64,000 nt of DNA from Felis catus (lineage: Eukaryota): contig NC_058368.1 of assembly GCF_018350175.1 (NCBI RefSeq), positions 161,574,001-161,638,000 of the forward strand. The letters are read 5' to 3'. Of this stretch, positions 25,501 through 37,635 are shown in pieces. The first letter of the stretch is position 1, and each line of letters starts with the position of its first letter. The translations under genes were made by a program, and so were the position numbers. The notes beneath the pieces are model-generated. The model worked only from the letters and a program-made list of their open reading frames with translations, was not told the origin of the DNA and made no database searches.

Positions 25501-28005
25501 CTACATAAAAGGATTACACACCATGACCAAGTGAGATTTATTCCAGAGAGTTAAGGATGATTTGATATTACAATTGTGGTATAGCACATTAATAAAACGA
25601 AGGATAAAATCATATGATCATCTCAATAGATGCAGAAAAAAGGATTTGACAAAATTCAACATCCATTTATGATAAAAACCCTCAACAGAGTGTAGAGGGA
25701 ACAGAATTCAATATAATAAAGACCACATATACCCGACATATAGCTGCCATCATACTCAAAGGTGAAAAGCAGAAAGTCTTTCCTCTACAATGAGGACCAG
25801 ATAAGGATGCCCACTCTCACAACTTTTATTCAACACAGTATTGCAAACCAGAGAAATTGCCAGAGAAATTAGGTAAGAAAAAGAAATAAAAGGTATCCAA
25901 ATGGGAAGGGAAGAAGAAAAACTGTTACTATATGCAGATGACATAATATTATATATAAAAAACCCTAAAGATTTCATCAAAACCTCTTAGAGTTAATGAA
26001 TGAATTGCAAAGTTATAGGATACAAAATCAATACAGAAAAATCTATTGCATTTCTATATACTAATAATGAACTATTACAAAGAGAAATAAAGAAAATAAT
26101 CCCATTTACAATTGAATCAAAAAGAATAAAATATCTAGAATAAATTTAGGTAAGGAAGTGAAAGACCTTGAACACTGCTAGACATTAATCAAAGAAATTG
26201 AAGAAGACACAAATAAGTAGATATTTTATGCTCACATATTGAAAGAATTAATATTGTCAAAATATCCAAAATACTCAAAGCAACCTACAGATTCAATGCA
26301 ATCTCTATCAAAATTGCTATGGCATTTTCATGTAAATAGAACAAACCATCCTAAAATGCATATGGAATCACAAAAGATCCTGCATAGTCAAAGCAATCTT
26401 GAGAAAGAAGAACAAAACTAGAAGCATCATGATACCTGATTTAAAACTATAAAACAAAGCTCTAATAATTGCAATATGGTTTTGGCATAAAAACGGCCAC
26501 ATAGATCAATCCAACAGAATAAAGAGCCCAGAAATAAACCCATGACAATATAGTCAATTAACTTATGACAGAGAGGCCAAGAATATACAATGGAGAAAGG
26601 ACAGTGTCGTTAATAAATGGTGTTGGAAAAACAGGACAGCCACGTGCAAAGGAATGAAAATGGACCACTATCTTACACCACGCATAAAAATTAAACGAGA
26701 ATGGGTTAAAGACTTGAATATAAGACCTGAAACCATAAAATTTCTCCAATAGAACATAAGTTCCTTGACATAGGTCTTAACTATGTTTTGTTTTGTTTTG
26801 TTTTTTAATATGAAAGCAAAAAACAACAAAAACAAAAAAAAGTAATGGAACTACATCATACAAAAAACTTCTGTACAGCAAAGGAAATCACTAACAAAAT
26901 TAAAAGGCAACATACTGAATGGAAGAAAATATTTAAAAAATCATATCTGATAAAGAGTTAATACCTAAAATATATAAAGAACACATATAACTAAATAGAA
27001 TAAAAATGTTTAAAATTGGGCAGAGGCACCTGGATGGCTCAGATGGTTAAGCATCTGACTCTTGATTTTGACTCAGTTCATCATCTCATGGTTCATGAGA
27101 TGGAGCCCCATTTCAGGCTCTGCACTGACCACATGGTGCCTGCTTGGGATTCTCTTTCCCCCTCTCCCTGACCCTCTTTCTCTCTCTCTTTCTCTCAAAA
27201 TAAATAAGTAAACATTTAAAAACATAAAACATAAAACATAAAACATGGGCAGAAGATTTGAATAGACATTTTTCAAAAGAGGACATAAAGATAGCATGCA
27301 AAGATATTCAAATATCATTAATTATCTGGGAAATTCAAATCAAAATACAATGAGATATTACTTCATAGCTGTTAAAATGATTGTTATAAAAATGAAATAA
27401 CAAGTGTTGACAAGGATGTGGAGAAAAAAGAACATTCATGCACTGTTGTTGGGAATGCAAATTGGTACAGCCAAAGAGTATGGAGGTTCCTCAAAAAATT
27501 AAAAATAGAACTACCATGTAATCCAGCAATTCCACTTCTGTGTACTTATTCAAAGAAAACCAAAACAATAATTAGAAAAGACATACGCACCCCCATATTC
27601 ATTGCAACATTATTTACAGTATCTAAAATGTGGAAACAACTTGAGTATCCAGGGATAAATGAAAACAAAATGGATAAAGAAAAACATATATATGCCTATA
27701 ATAACATAATATGTAATAATATATCATTTATGATAATCTATATAATTACACATCATATAATATGTAATAATATATATAATATATGCAATAAAAGATTACT
27801 CAGCCATAAAAAAAATGAAATCTTGCCATTTGCAACAATATGATGGAACTTGAGAGTATTATGCTAAGTGAAATGAGTCAGACAAAGAAAAAAAACCATA
27901 TGATTCCTCTTATATGTAGAATCTAAAGTAAACAAAACAAAAACTAAGTTCATAGATACAGAGAACAAATTGATGGCTGCCAAAGGGAAAGGAGATGGAG
28001 ACTGA
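25501..28005 (+). mobile_element. Older LINE-1 (L1MA9/L1_Carn-like), ORF2 RT-to-3'UTR fragment
   Basis: atcatatgatcatctcaatagatgcagaaaaa; tatatgcagatgacataatattata (YADD-like); 3'UTR catagatacagagaacaaattgatggctgcc; interrupted by a SINE. Confidence 0.92.
27023..27240 (+). mobile_element. Can-SINE nested in L1
   Basis: TSD aaaattgggcaga / aaacatgggcaga; L1 sequence resumes at 27250. Confidence 0.93.
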
Positions 28006-28120
28006 TTTTTATTTTTATTTTTACTTGAAATTGTTTATATAATAAATAATAATATTAATTCTATGTTGGTTTATATGGCTCACAGAAAATATTAATTTTG
28101 AATAAATTAATTAGTCTTCA

Positions 28121-28205
28121 CACCCAGTGTGGAGCCCAGTGGGGGGACCTAAATTCTCAATTTAGAAATCAAGACCTGAGCTGAGATCAATAGTCGGATG
28201 CTTAC
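28121..28205 (-). mobile_element. Can-SINE middle part (host of the L1; its 5' head lies at 33766-33803)
   Basis: agtgtggagccc...atcaagacctgagctgagatcaatagtcggatgcttac, continuing after the L1 as tgactgagctagccaggcac. Confidence 0.85.
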
Positions 28206-28725
28206 CGGGAGAAGCCAAGATGGCGGAGCAGTATGGAAATTTTTTGTGTCTCACGTACATGAAATACAGCCAGACCAACATAAACAATCCTGCATACCTA
28301 GAAAACTGATTTGAGGATTAACACAACAATCTGTATAACCTGAACCACAGAATTCAGCAGAAAGAGAAAAAATTCATTTTTATTTTCAATTTTTATTAAA
28401 AGTATTTTTCTTTAATATTTTTCTACTATATTTTTAAATTTGTGTAAATTTTTTCAAATTATATTTTACTTACATCATTTCATTTTAGTCTACTTCAGTG
28501 TATTCATTTTTTCAAATTTGCAAACGATTTCCTTTTTTTCCCCTTTTTTCTCTTATCTATCAAGACACTTTCAACACCCAGACCAAAACATACTGAGAAT
28601 CTAGCATGATTTATTTGATTTTTTGTGTTTGTGTGTTTTTTTTAATTTTGGAATTTTAATATTTTTTAATTTTAATATTTTTTTTAATTTTAATTTTTTC
28701 TACCTCCTTAATTCCTTCCTTCAAA

Positions 28726-29602
28726 CTGATGAAATGAAGGAATTCACCCCAAAAGAAAGACCAAGAAGAAATGACAGCCAGGGACTTAACCAACACAGAT
28801 ACAAGCAAGATGTCTCAACCAGAATTTAGAATCATGATAGTAAGAATACTAGCTGGAGTCAAAAATAGATTAAAATCCCTTTCTGCCAAAATAAAAGAAG
28901 TAAAGTCTAGTCAGGGTGAAATAAAAAATGTTATAACTAAGCTGCAATATCAAATGGATGCCATGACGACAAGGATGGATGCAGCAGAACAGAGAATCGG
29001 CAATATAGAGGACAAACTTATGGAGAATAATGAAGCAGAAAAAAAGAGGGAGATTAAGGCAAAAGACCTCTATTTAAGAATTAGAGAAATCAGTGACTCA
29101 TTAAAAAGGAACATCAGAATCATAGGGGTCCCAGAAGAGGAAGAGAGAGAAATTGGGGTAGAAGGGTTATGTGAGCAAATCATAGCAGAAAACTTTCCTA
29201 ACCTGGGGAAAGACACAGACATCAAAATCCAGGAAGTACAGAGGACCACCATTAGGTTCAACAAAAACCGACCATCAACAAGGCATATCATAGTCAAATT
29301 CACAAAATACTCAGGCAAGGAAAGAATCATGAAAGCAGGAAGGGGGAAAAAAAAGTTGCTAAACTACAAGGGAAGACAGATCAGGTTTGCAGCAGACCTA
29401 TCCACAGAAATTTGGCAGGCCAGAAAGGAGTTGCAGGATATATTCAATGTGTTGAATCAGAAAAATATGAAGCCAAGAATTCTTTATCCAGCAAGTCTGT
29501 CATTCAAAATAGAAGGAGAGATAAAAACTTTCCCAGACAAACAAAAATTAAAGGAATTTGTGATCACTAAACCTGCAAGAAATTTTAAGGGAGACTCTCT
29601 GA
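28726..29602 (+). pseudogene. L1 ORF1p (RNA-binding/chaperone), disrupted
   Basis: In-frame CTG (likely former ATG) at 28726 and TGA at 28735; ORF 28771+ has coiled-coil, RNIRIIGVPEEEE, PRILYPASLSFKIEGEIKTFPDKQKLKEF; frameshift near the C-terminus. Confidence 0.92.
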
Positions 29603-29719
29603 AGGGAGAAAAGATGAAAAAACCTAAAAATAAAAAACAAATAAATAAAGACCAAAAGCAACAAAGGCTAGAAAGGACCAGAGAACACCACCAGAAACTC
29701 CAACACTACAAACAACATA

Positions 29720-32700
29720 ATGGCAATAAATTAATATCTTCCAGTACTCACTCTAAATGTCAATGGACTAAATGCTCCAATAAAAACACATAGGGTAACA
29801 GAATGGGTAAGAAAACAAGATCCATCTATATGCTGTTTACAAGAGACCCACTTTAGACCTAAAGAGGCCTTCAGATTGAAAATAAGGGGATGGAGAACCA
29901 TCTAGCATGCTAATCACCAACAAAAGAAAGCCAGAGTAGCCATACTTATATCAGACAATCTAGATTTTAAAATAAAGACTGTATCAAGAGATGCAGAAGG
30001 GCATTATATCATAATCACGGGGTCTATCCACCAAGAAGACCTAACAATTGTAAACATTTATGCACTAAATGTGACAGCACCAAAATATATAAATCAGTTA
30101 ATCACAACATAAAGAAACTCATTGATAGTAATACCATAATAGTAGGGAACTTCAACACCCCACATACTGCAATAGACTGAACATCTAATAAAAAAAATAA
30201 ACAAGGAAACAATGGCTTTGAATGACACACTGGACCAGACGGACTTAACAGATATGTTCAGAACATTTCATCTTAAAGCAGCAGAATATACATTCTGCTC
30301 CAGTGCACATGTAATGTTCTCCAGAATAGACAACATACTGGGACACAAATCAGCCATCAACAAGCCATCAAAAATATCGAGATGATACCGTGCATATTTT
30401 CAGACCACAATGCTATGAAACTCGGAAATCGACCACAAGGGAAAATTTGGAAAGGTAACAAATACTTGGAGACTAAAGAACATCCTACTAAAGAATGAAT
30501 GGGCTAACCAAGATGTTAAAGAGGAAATTAAAAAGTTCATGGAAGCCAATGAAAATGATAACACCACAACCCAAACCTCTGGGACACAGGAAAGATAGTC
30601 ATAAGAGGAAAGTATATAGCAATCCAGGCCTTCCTAAAGAAGGAAGAAAGATCTCAGATATAACCTAACCTTACACCTTAAAGATCTGGAAAAAGAACAG
30701 CAAATAAAACCTAAAACCAGCAAAAGACAGGAAATAATAAACATTAGAGCAGAAATCAATGCTATTGAAACCAAAAAATCAGTAGAACAGATCAATGAAA
30801 CCAGAAGCTGGTTCTTTTAAAGAATTAACAAAATTGATAAACCCCTAGTCAGTTTGATCAAAAGGAAAAGGAAAGGACCCAAATAAATAAAATCAAGAAT
30901 GAAAGAGGAGAGATCACAACCAAGACATCAGAAATAAAAACAATAATAAGAGAATATTAGGAGCAATTACGTGCCAATAAAATGGGCAATCTGGAAGAAA
31001 TGGACAAATTCCTAGAAATGTATCCACTACCAAAACTGAAACAGGAAGAAAAAGAAGATTTGAACAGACCCATAACCGTAAAGAAATTGACTTAATAATA
31101 AAAAATCTCCCAAAAAACAAGAGTCCAGGGCCAGATGACTTTCCAGGGGAATTCTTCCAAACATTTAAGGAAGAGTTAACACCTATTCTCTTGAAGCTGT
31201 TCCAAAAAATAGAAATGGAAGGAAAACTTCCAAACTCTATGAAGCCAACATTACCTTGATTCCAAAACCAGACAGAGACCCCACTAAAAAGGAGAACTAT
31301 AGACCAATTTCCCTGATGAACATGGATGCAAAAATCCTCAACAAGATATTAGCCAACTGGATCCAACAATACATTAAAAAAATTGTACACCACAACCAAG
31401 AGGGATTTATACCTGGGATACAGGGCTCCTTCAATATCTGCAAAATAATCAATGTGATTTATCACATCAATAAAAGAAAGGACAAGAATCGTATGATCCT
31501 CTCAATAGATGCACAGAAAGCATTTGACAAAATACAACATCCTTTCTTGATAAAAACCCTCAAAAAAGTAGGGATAGAAGGATCATACCTTGAGATCCTA
31601 AAATCCATATATGAATGACCCAACGCTAATATCATCCTCAATGGGAAAAAACTGAACGCTTTCCCCCTAAATTCAGGAACAAGACAGGGATTTACATGCT
31701 CATCACTGTTATTCAACATACTATTGGCAGTCTTAGCCTCTGCGGTCAGACAACACAAAGAAATAAAAGGCATCCAAATCGACCAGGAGGAGGTCAAACT
31801 TTCACTCTTCACAGATGACAAGATACTCTATATGGAAAACCCAAAAGATTTGGGAAAACCCAAAAAACTGCTAGAACTGATTCATGAATTCAGCAAAGTT
31901 GCAGGATATAAAATCAATGCACAGAAATCAGTTGCATTCCTATACACCAACAATGAAACAACAGAAAGAGAAATCAAGGAATCGATTCCATTTAAGGTTG
32001 CACCCAAAACCATAAAGTACCTGGGAATAAATCTAAGCAAAGAGGTGAAAAACGTATACACTGAAAGCGATAGAAATCTTATGAAAGAAATTGAAGAAGA
32101 CACACAAAAAAATAGAAAAATATTCCATGCTCCTGGATAGGAAGAACAAATATTGTTAAAATGTTGATGCTACCCAAAGTAGTCTACATATTCAATGCAA
32201 TCCCTATCCAAATAACACCAGCATTCTTCACAGAGCTAGAATAAATAATCCTAAAATTTGTATGGAACTAGAAAAGACCCCAAATAGCCAAAGCAATCTT
32301 GAAAAAGAAAACCAAAGCAGGAGGCATCACAATCCTGGACTTCAAGTTATGCTACAAAGCTGTAATCATTAGACAGTATGGTACTGGCACAAGAACAGAC
32401 ACTCAGATCAATGGAACAGAATAGAGAACCTGGAAATGGACCCACAAATGTATGGCCAACTAATCTTTGACAAAGCAGGAAGGAATATCCAATGAAATAA
32501 AGACAGTCTCTTCACCAAGTGGTGCTGGGAAAACTGGACAGTGACATGCACAAGAATGAACCTGGGCCACTTTCTTACACCATACACAAAAATAAACTCA
32601 AAATGGATGAAAAACCTCAATGTGAGACAGGAAGCCATCAAAATCCTTGAGGAGAAAGCAGGCAAAAACCTCTTTGATCTTGGTTGCAGCAACTTCTTAC

Positions 32701-33520
32701 TCAACATGCTGGAAGAAGGGAAACAAAAGCAAAAATGAATGATTTGGACCTCATTAAAATAAAAAGCTTGTACATGGCAAAGGAAACCATCAGCAAAACT
32801 AAAAGGCAACCGACAGAATGGGAGAAGATATTTGCAAACAACATATCAGATAAAGGGTTAGTATCCAAAATCTATAAAGAACTTAGCAAACTCAACATCA
32901 GAAAAACAAATAATCCAGTGAAGAAATGGTCAAAAGACATGAGTAGATACTTCTCCAAAGAAGACATTCAGATGGCCAACCAACACATGAAAAGATGCTC
33001 AAGTTCACTCATCATCAGGGAAATACAAATCAAAACCACAATGAAATCTCACCTCATACCTGTCAGAATGGCTAACATTAACAACTCAGGCAACAATAGC
33101 TGTTGGTGAGGATGCAGAGGAAGATCTCTTTTGCACTGCTGGTTCGAATGCAAACTGGTTCAGCCACTCTAGAAAACAGTATGGAGATTCCTCAAAAAAT
33201 TAAAAATAGATCTACCCTACGAGTGAGCAATTGCACTACTAGGTATTTTCCAAGGGAAACAGGTATGCTGTTTTGAAGGGACACATGCACCACAATGTTT
33301 ATAGCAGCACTATCAACAATAGCCAAAGTATGGAAAGAGACCAGATGTCCATTGATGGGTGAGTGGATAAAGAAGACATGGTATATATATATACAATGGA
33401 GTATTACTTGGCAATCAAAAAGAATGAAATCTTGCTATTTGCACCTACATGGATGGAACTCAGGGTATTATGCTAAGTGAAATTAGTCAGAGAAAGACAA
33501 ATATATGACTTCACACATGA
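29720..33520 (+). pseudogene. L1 ORF2p (endonuclease/reverse transcriptase), disrupted
   Basis: ATG 29720 then TAA at codon 5; EN motif TLNVNGLN; RT peptides [46 protein letters not shown]; many stops and frameshifts. Confidence 0.95.
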
Positions 33521-33835
33521 GGACTTTAAGATACAAAACAGATGAACATAAGAGTAGGGAAGCAAAAATAATATGAAAACAGGGAGGGGGACAAAACACA
33601 AAAGACTCTTAAATATGGAAAACAAACAGGGTTCCTGGAGGGGGTGTGGGATGGGGGATGGGCTAAATGGGTAAGAGGCATTAAGGAATCTACTCCTGAA
33701 ATCATTGTTACAATATATGCTAACTAATTTGGTTGTAACTTAAAAAAAAAACCCAAAAAGAAACAAGTCAGATGCTTACTGACTGAGCTAGCCAGGCACG
33801 TCCTGAAAATATATTTCAATACATACCAATGTATG

Positions 33836-33837
<2 letters not shown>

Positions 33838-33879
<42 letters not shown>

Positions 33880-34095
33880 TACACATATATATATATCTTA
33901 TGCTTGTTTTAAGCATTAGTTACCAATATTATATATATATATTATATATATATTATATATATTATATGTATTATATATATCATATATATTATATATATAT
34001 AATATATATATAGTATGCCTGTTTAGGCATTAGTTACTATATATTTAGTTATAAATTTGTTATTTTATAATTATATTTTATGTATATATATATAA
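33838..34095. repeat. (TA)n/(CA)n low-complexity tract
   Basis: Direct read. Confidence 0.9.
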
Positions 34096-35289
34096 AGTAC
34101 CCGTACCTTCTCTGGGTATTAGTTTTACTTACCTACCTCCTATAAGCATTAAAATTTGTAAGGACTAGGTCAACAAAAAGTTCAACTAGGTAAAAAAATC
34201 AAACTAGTGTGAAGTATAAGTGAAGTAGTTGAGGGTGAATATTTAGTACTCCAGTACATGGATCACTACATGTTGAATGAATAAGGTCCAGTGGAGAGTT
34301 GAATTTATGGGTAATTTAATTGTACTGATACTACATTCTAGGAAATTTGAAAATAAGGAAATCTACAGCTTGAAATATTAATGATATTAACCATTTACAT
34401 ATATTACCCACTCTTAATGATCTTAACCAAAAGGTATTTTTTTCTAATGCATCAGAAGTTATCATTGTCATCTAACAACATGATCAAAAAATGATTTAGG
34501 AGCATAAATAAGCGAAATTGTAGACTAGTAGGAATAAGATGGATTGACCTGTGGGAAAGGGGTAAAATCTCCATAATTTTTAAGGTAAAGTAGTCAATCC
34601 AATTAACAATCACTTCAGAGTCTTTCTTTTGAGACCAACTTCTTTATCTTTAATCTGACCTTCTCCCTGAGTGTTTGTGTCTAAATTGTTTACTGATACC
34701 ATGCACGATAAAGGTCACATTAAATATGACCTACTTCATATTTTACATCATGCAGGTCTAATGTTTCTGACCAAACCCCAAAGGAATGAATGTTAGTCAC
34801 AGAGTTCAGCATTAGGAAATAATTGAATTTGTCTGACTCTGCAGTATAAAATGATTTGAAGGACAAAGAGGACTAGTAGTCTGAAAGGCTAAGTCAGAAA
34901 GAGAGGAGTGTTTTGAGAATATTTGTTATTTTTTCCCAGAGAAAGCCATACTTCTGTAGACTGTTATGTGAAATACATAGACAAAGATCTTATGCCAAAC
35001 AGAGGATAATATTCATAGTTTTATCTTAATTTTCTGGACATTTTAGAAAAATTTATTCCAACAGGGGTGGGAAAGAACAAGGGAAAAGTGAGTGACTGTC
35101 TTTAAATAAATGAGCTGAATGCACGACTTCTTCATTGTTAGTTTGCAAGTAGTGTAACATTAAGATAAAGTCAACCTGGGACTGTGTAGCTTTATGGAAA
35201 AATAGTTATGGCTACAAACTTACGAGGTTAAAATAAAAGAACTTTTTGATTTTTCAGAATATCACAAACTTGAACCATTTTTATCAGCT

Positions 35290-35810
35290 TCTAAAATGTT
35301 TTGAGCATGTATTATGCTCCAAGCCCAATTTTAAGCATCTTAGATGTGCTCTCTTAATCTGTGCTCTCTTACTACCCCATTGATGGAGGTACAATTTTAG
35401 CCCTCTTTATTGGAGTAGAACCTGAGGCCCAGAGTCTAAATAGCTTTCCCAAGACCGCACAGCTAGTTGTAGACATGGGATTTGAACCCAGGATTTGAAT
35501 CTCAGGCCAGGTGCCTTCCTCACTGGTTTCTGACCCCTGAGTCTGGAACTTAACATTTTGCCTTCGCTGCATCTAGAATGCCTGAGAAACACTTCCCTTC
35601 TACAATTAATTAATATTGGAAGAGCCAGAATCAGTCTTAGAAGTACCTCTGAAGTGAGGTGTGAAATTTCCTCACTTTTTGTTTTACCAATGTAGAAACA
35701 GGGCCCACACCCACAGTCTCACACTGAGGTAAGTGTCCGAGAAGGAATTAGGACCCATGACCTAACCTGTGTTTCAATGTTTCAGTACTCCCAGTGGTCT
35801 CTACACTGCA
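35290..35810 (-). mobile_element. MIR fragments (~35290-35575 and ~35680-35810)
   Basis: gaacctgaggcccagagtctaaatagctttcccaagaccgcacagctagtt...gggatttgaacccagg. Confidence 0.75.
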
Positions 35811-37409
35811 TCAACTCATATTTCTTGACTGTTGACTGTTTTCCAGGCACTGTGCAATATTATTCGCTTCATTTCATCACATTTCCTCTCAAAATATCAT
35901 GCATCTCTTCAAACTTGCTGCACTTTGATGCTTCATTGGAAATCCTCCCTTCATCAAAGAATAGGAGCCACATTTTTAGACCTACCTTTTTTAGAGCAGT
36001 CATCAGAGTGGGTGCATTGTAAATGTAGGTGGATTGAGAAGTCATTGGAAGGAGTCAGATGAGGCAGATTGACACACACATCCCCTTCCTTTGACGAGTT
36101 TACAGTAATTTAGCTGAGATTCAACTTGATCCTCCTTGTTTCAATCCATTTTCTTGCCTTTTTCTCACTATACCCTCATTTTCTCCCAAATGATAAAGTT
36201 TATCCAGGGTGACTTTTCCATGCTTTAAACGTGTCTCAAAATACTCTTAATAATATAATCATCATGGGGCTCCAACTGTCCCAATTTGTTTGCGATGAGT
36301 GTTTCTATTCTTATAATATTATGAATTTTCCATACTCCCAAATAGAATAGAAACTGTCTAAAAAATTATTGTAATAGCTTTATATATTTTATAAATATGT
36401 TATAAAATTGAAAAGCCTAGATAGACTCTTAGGTCTTCTTTGGTAGCAAAATATATATTTGTATTATTGACTTTTCCTTGATTTGTTTATACCTTGAGGA
36501 ATAATAGTCTGAAGGCTAAGGCTGAAATGCATTTATTATTATTAACTGAAGAGCAGAATGAATGCACTTTGACCTTAAAATATAAAGTAATAACAGCAAT
36601 GTGAAGAAAGCATATTGTCATTGTTAGTGGAAAATTATATTGATGTAGGTATTAAAAGGTAATATACTTTTTTTCCACAAGATTTTATTAAAGATCAACC
36701 TTTTTGAAAACAATCCTAAAAGCACCCTTTGGACTTTCTTTGTTATTCTCTTTGTTACCTTTACAAGGTTCTTCCAGAAAGTACCAATTTTATTTTAAAG
36801 TTTTAATCAATATTTCACACAGTGAAATCTTTTTCTCTGACACAATGAGTTATCAAAGCATTTTTTTTCTTCCTGAGACAGCAGCTTTGAGCTGTAACTG
36901 ACGATAGATCTTGTGGATACTGTCTGTGTCAAGATTAGATCAGACACCATGGGGATTCCTTTTCATGTTTGTAACTCTTAAATCAGCATAAGCAATACAC
37001 AAATTCTTCCATTCTAAAGGTGAGTTTTCCTCAGTGGAATGACTATTGCTGATAGTATTTGATTTTCATTACTTCAAAAACAAAATAGAACTGTATAGCT
37101 GGAAATTGTACCTGAATATATACTTATCTGACTCTCATTTTCTTTGAAAGTAGTTGTCTCCAAAAACTACAGTAACATATTCTCCTTAGTATATTGTTTA
37201 TAGTTTAAATGGTAAATGCAATTAAATATTTCAAGTAAAGTATTAGTCCTCTTCCAATGCAAAGTCCTTTCTTATATTAAAAAAAGAAAGAGGATGAATT
37301 ACCATCTATTCCTGAATATACATATATCTGATTTCTAGTTATATTTATAGTTTCTAGTTATATTTGTGCCAATAGAAGAGTTGTTCTCCATTAAGACTCT
37401 GAGAAGGGT

Positions 37410-37635
37410 TATGGCATACTGATTGAGTTTGGTCTGACATTAGATTTCGTGGGCTTCAATCCTGCCTCTGCCACTATTAGCTGTGTGACATTGCACAAAT
37501 TATTTAAATTCTTTTCCTTACTTGTAAGGGTCCCTGACTCACTGGCCAGGTAGGAGGATTTAATGATATAATCTACCTAAGCACTTAACCCTATTCTTGA
37601 TACATAATGGATGTTTCATACATAATTAGCATTAT
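37410..37635 (+). mobile_element. MIR SINE
   Basis: gggcttcaatcctgcctctgccactattagctgtgtgacattgcacaaattatttaa. Confidence 0.8.

Larger units (their letters stand above)
28207..33765 (+). mobile_element. Near full-length felid LINE-1 (L1_Fc-like) with an unusually short 5'UTR
   Basis: 5' gggagaagccaagatggcgg (YY1-type motif), ORF1, ORF2, 3'UTR and A tail; TSD agtcggatgcttac (28192-28205) / agtcagatgcttac (33766-33779). Confidence 0.97.

Noticed and set aside
28771..29793. 340-aa ORF as a functional gene
   Set aside because: It is L1 ORF1p lacking its N-terminus (upstream stop) and frameshifted into the inter-ORF spacer; ORF2 of the same element is dead.
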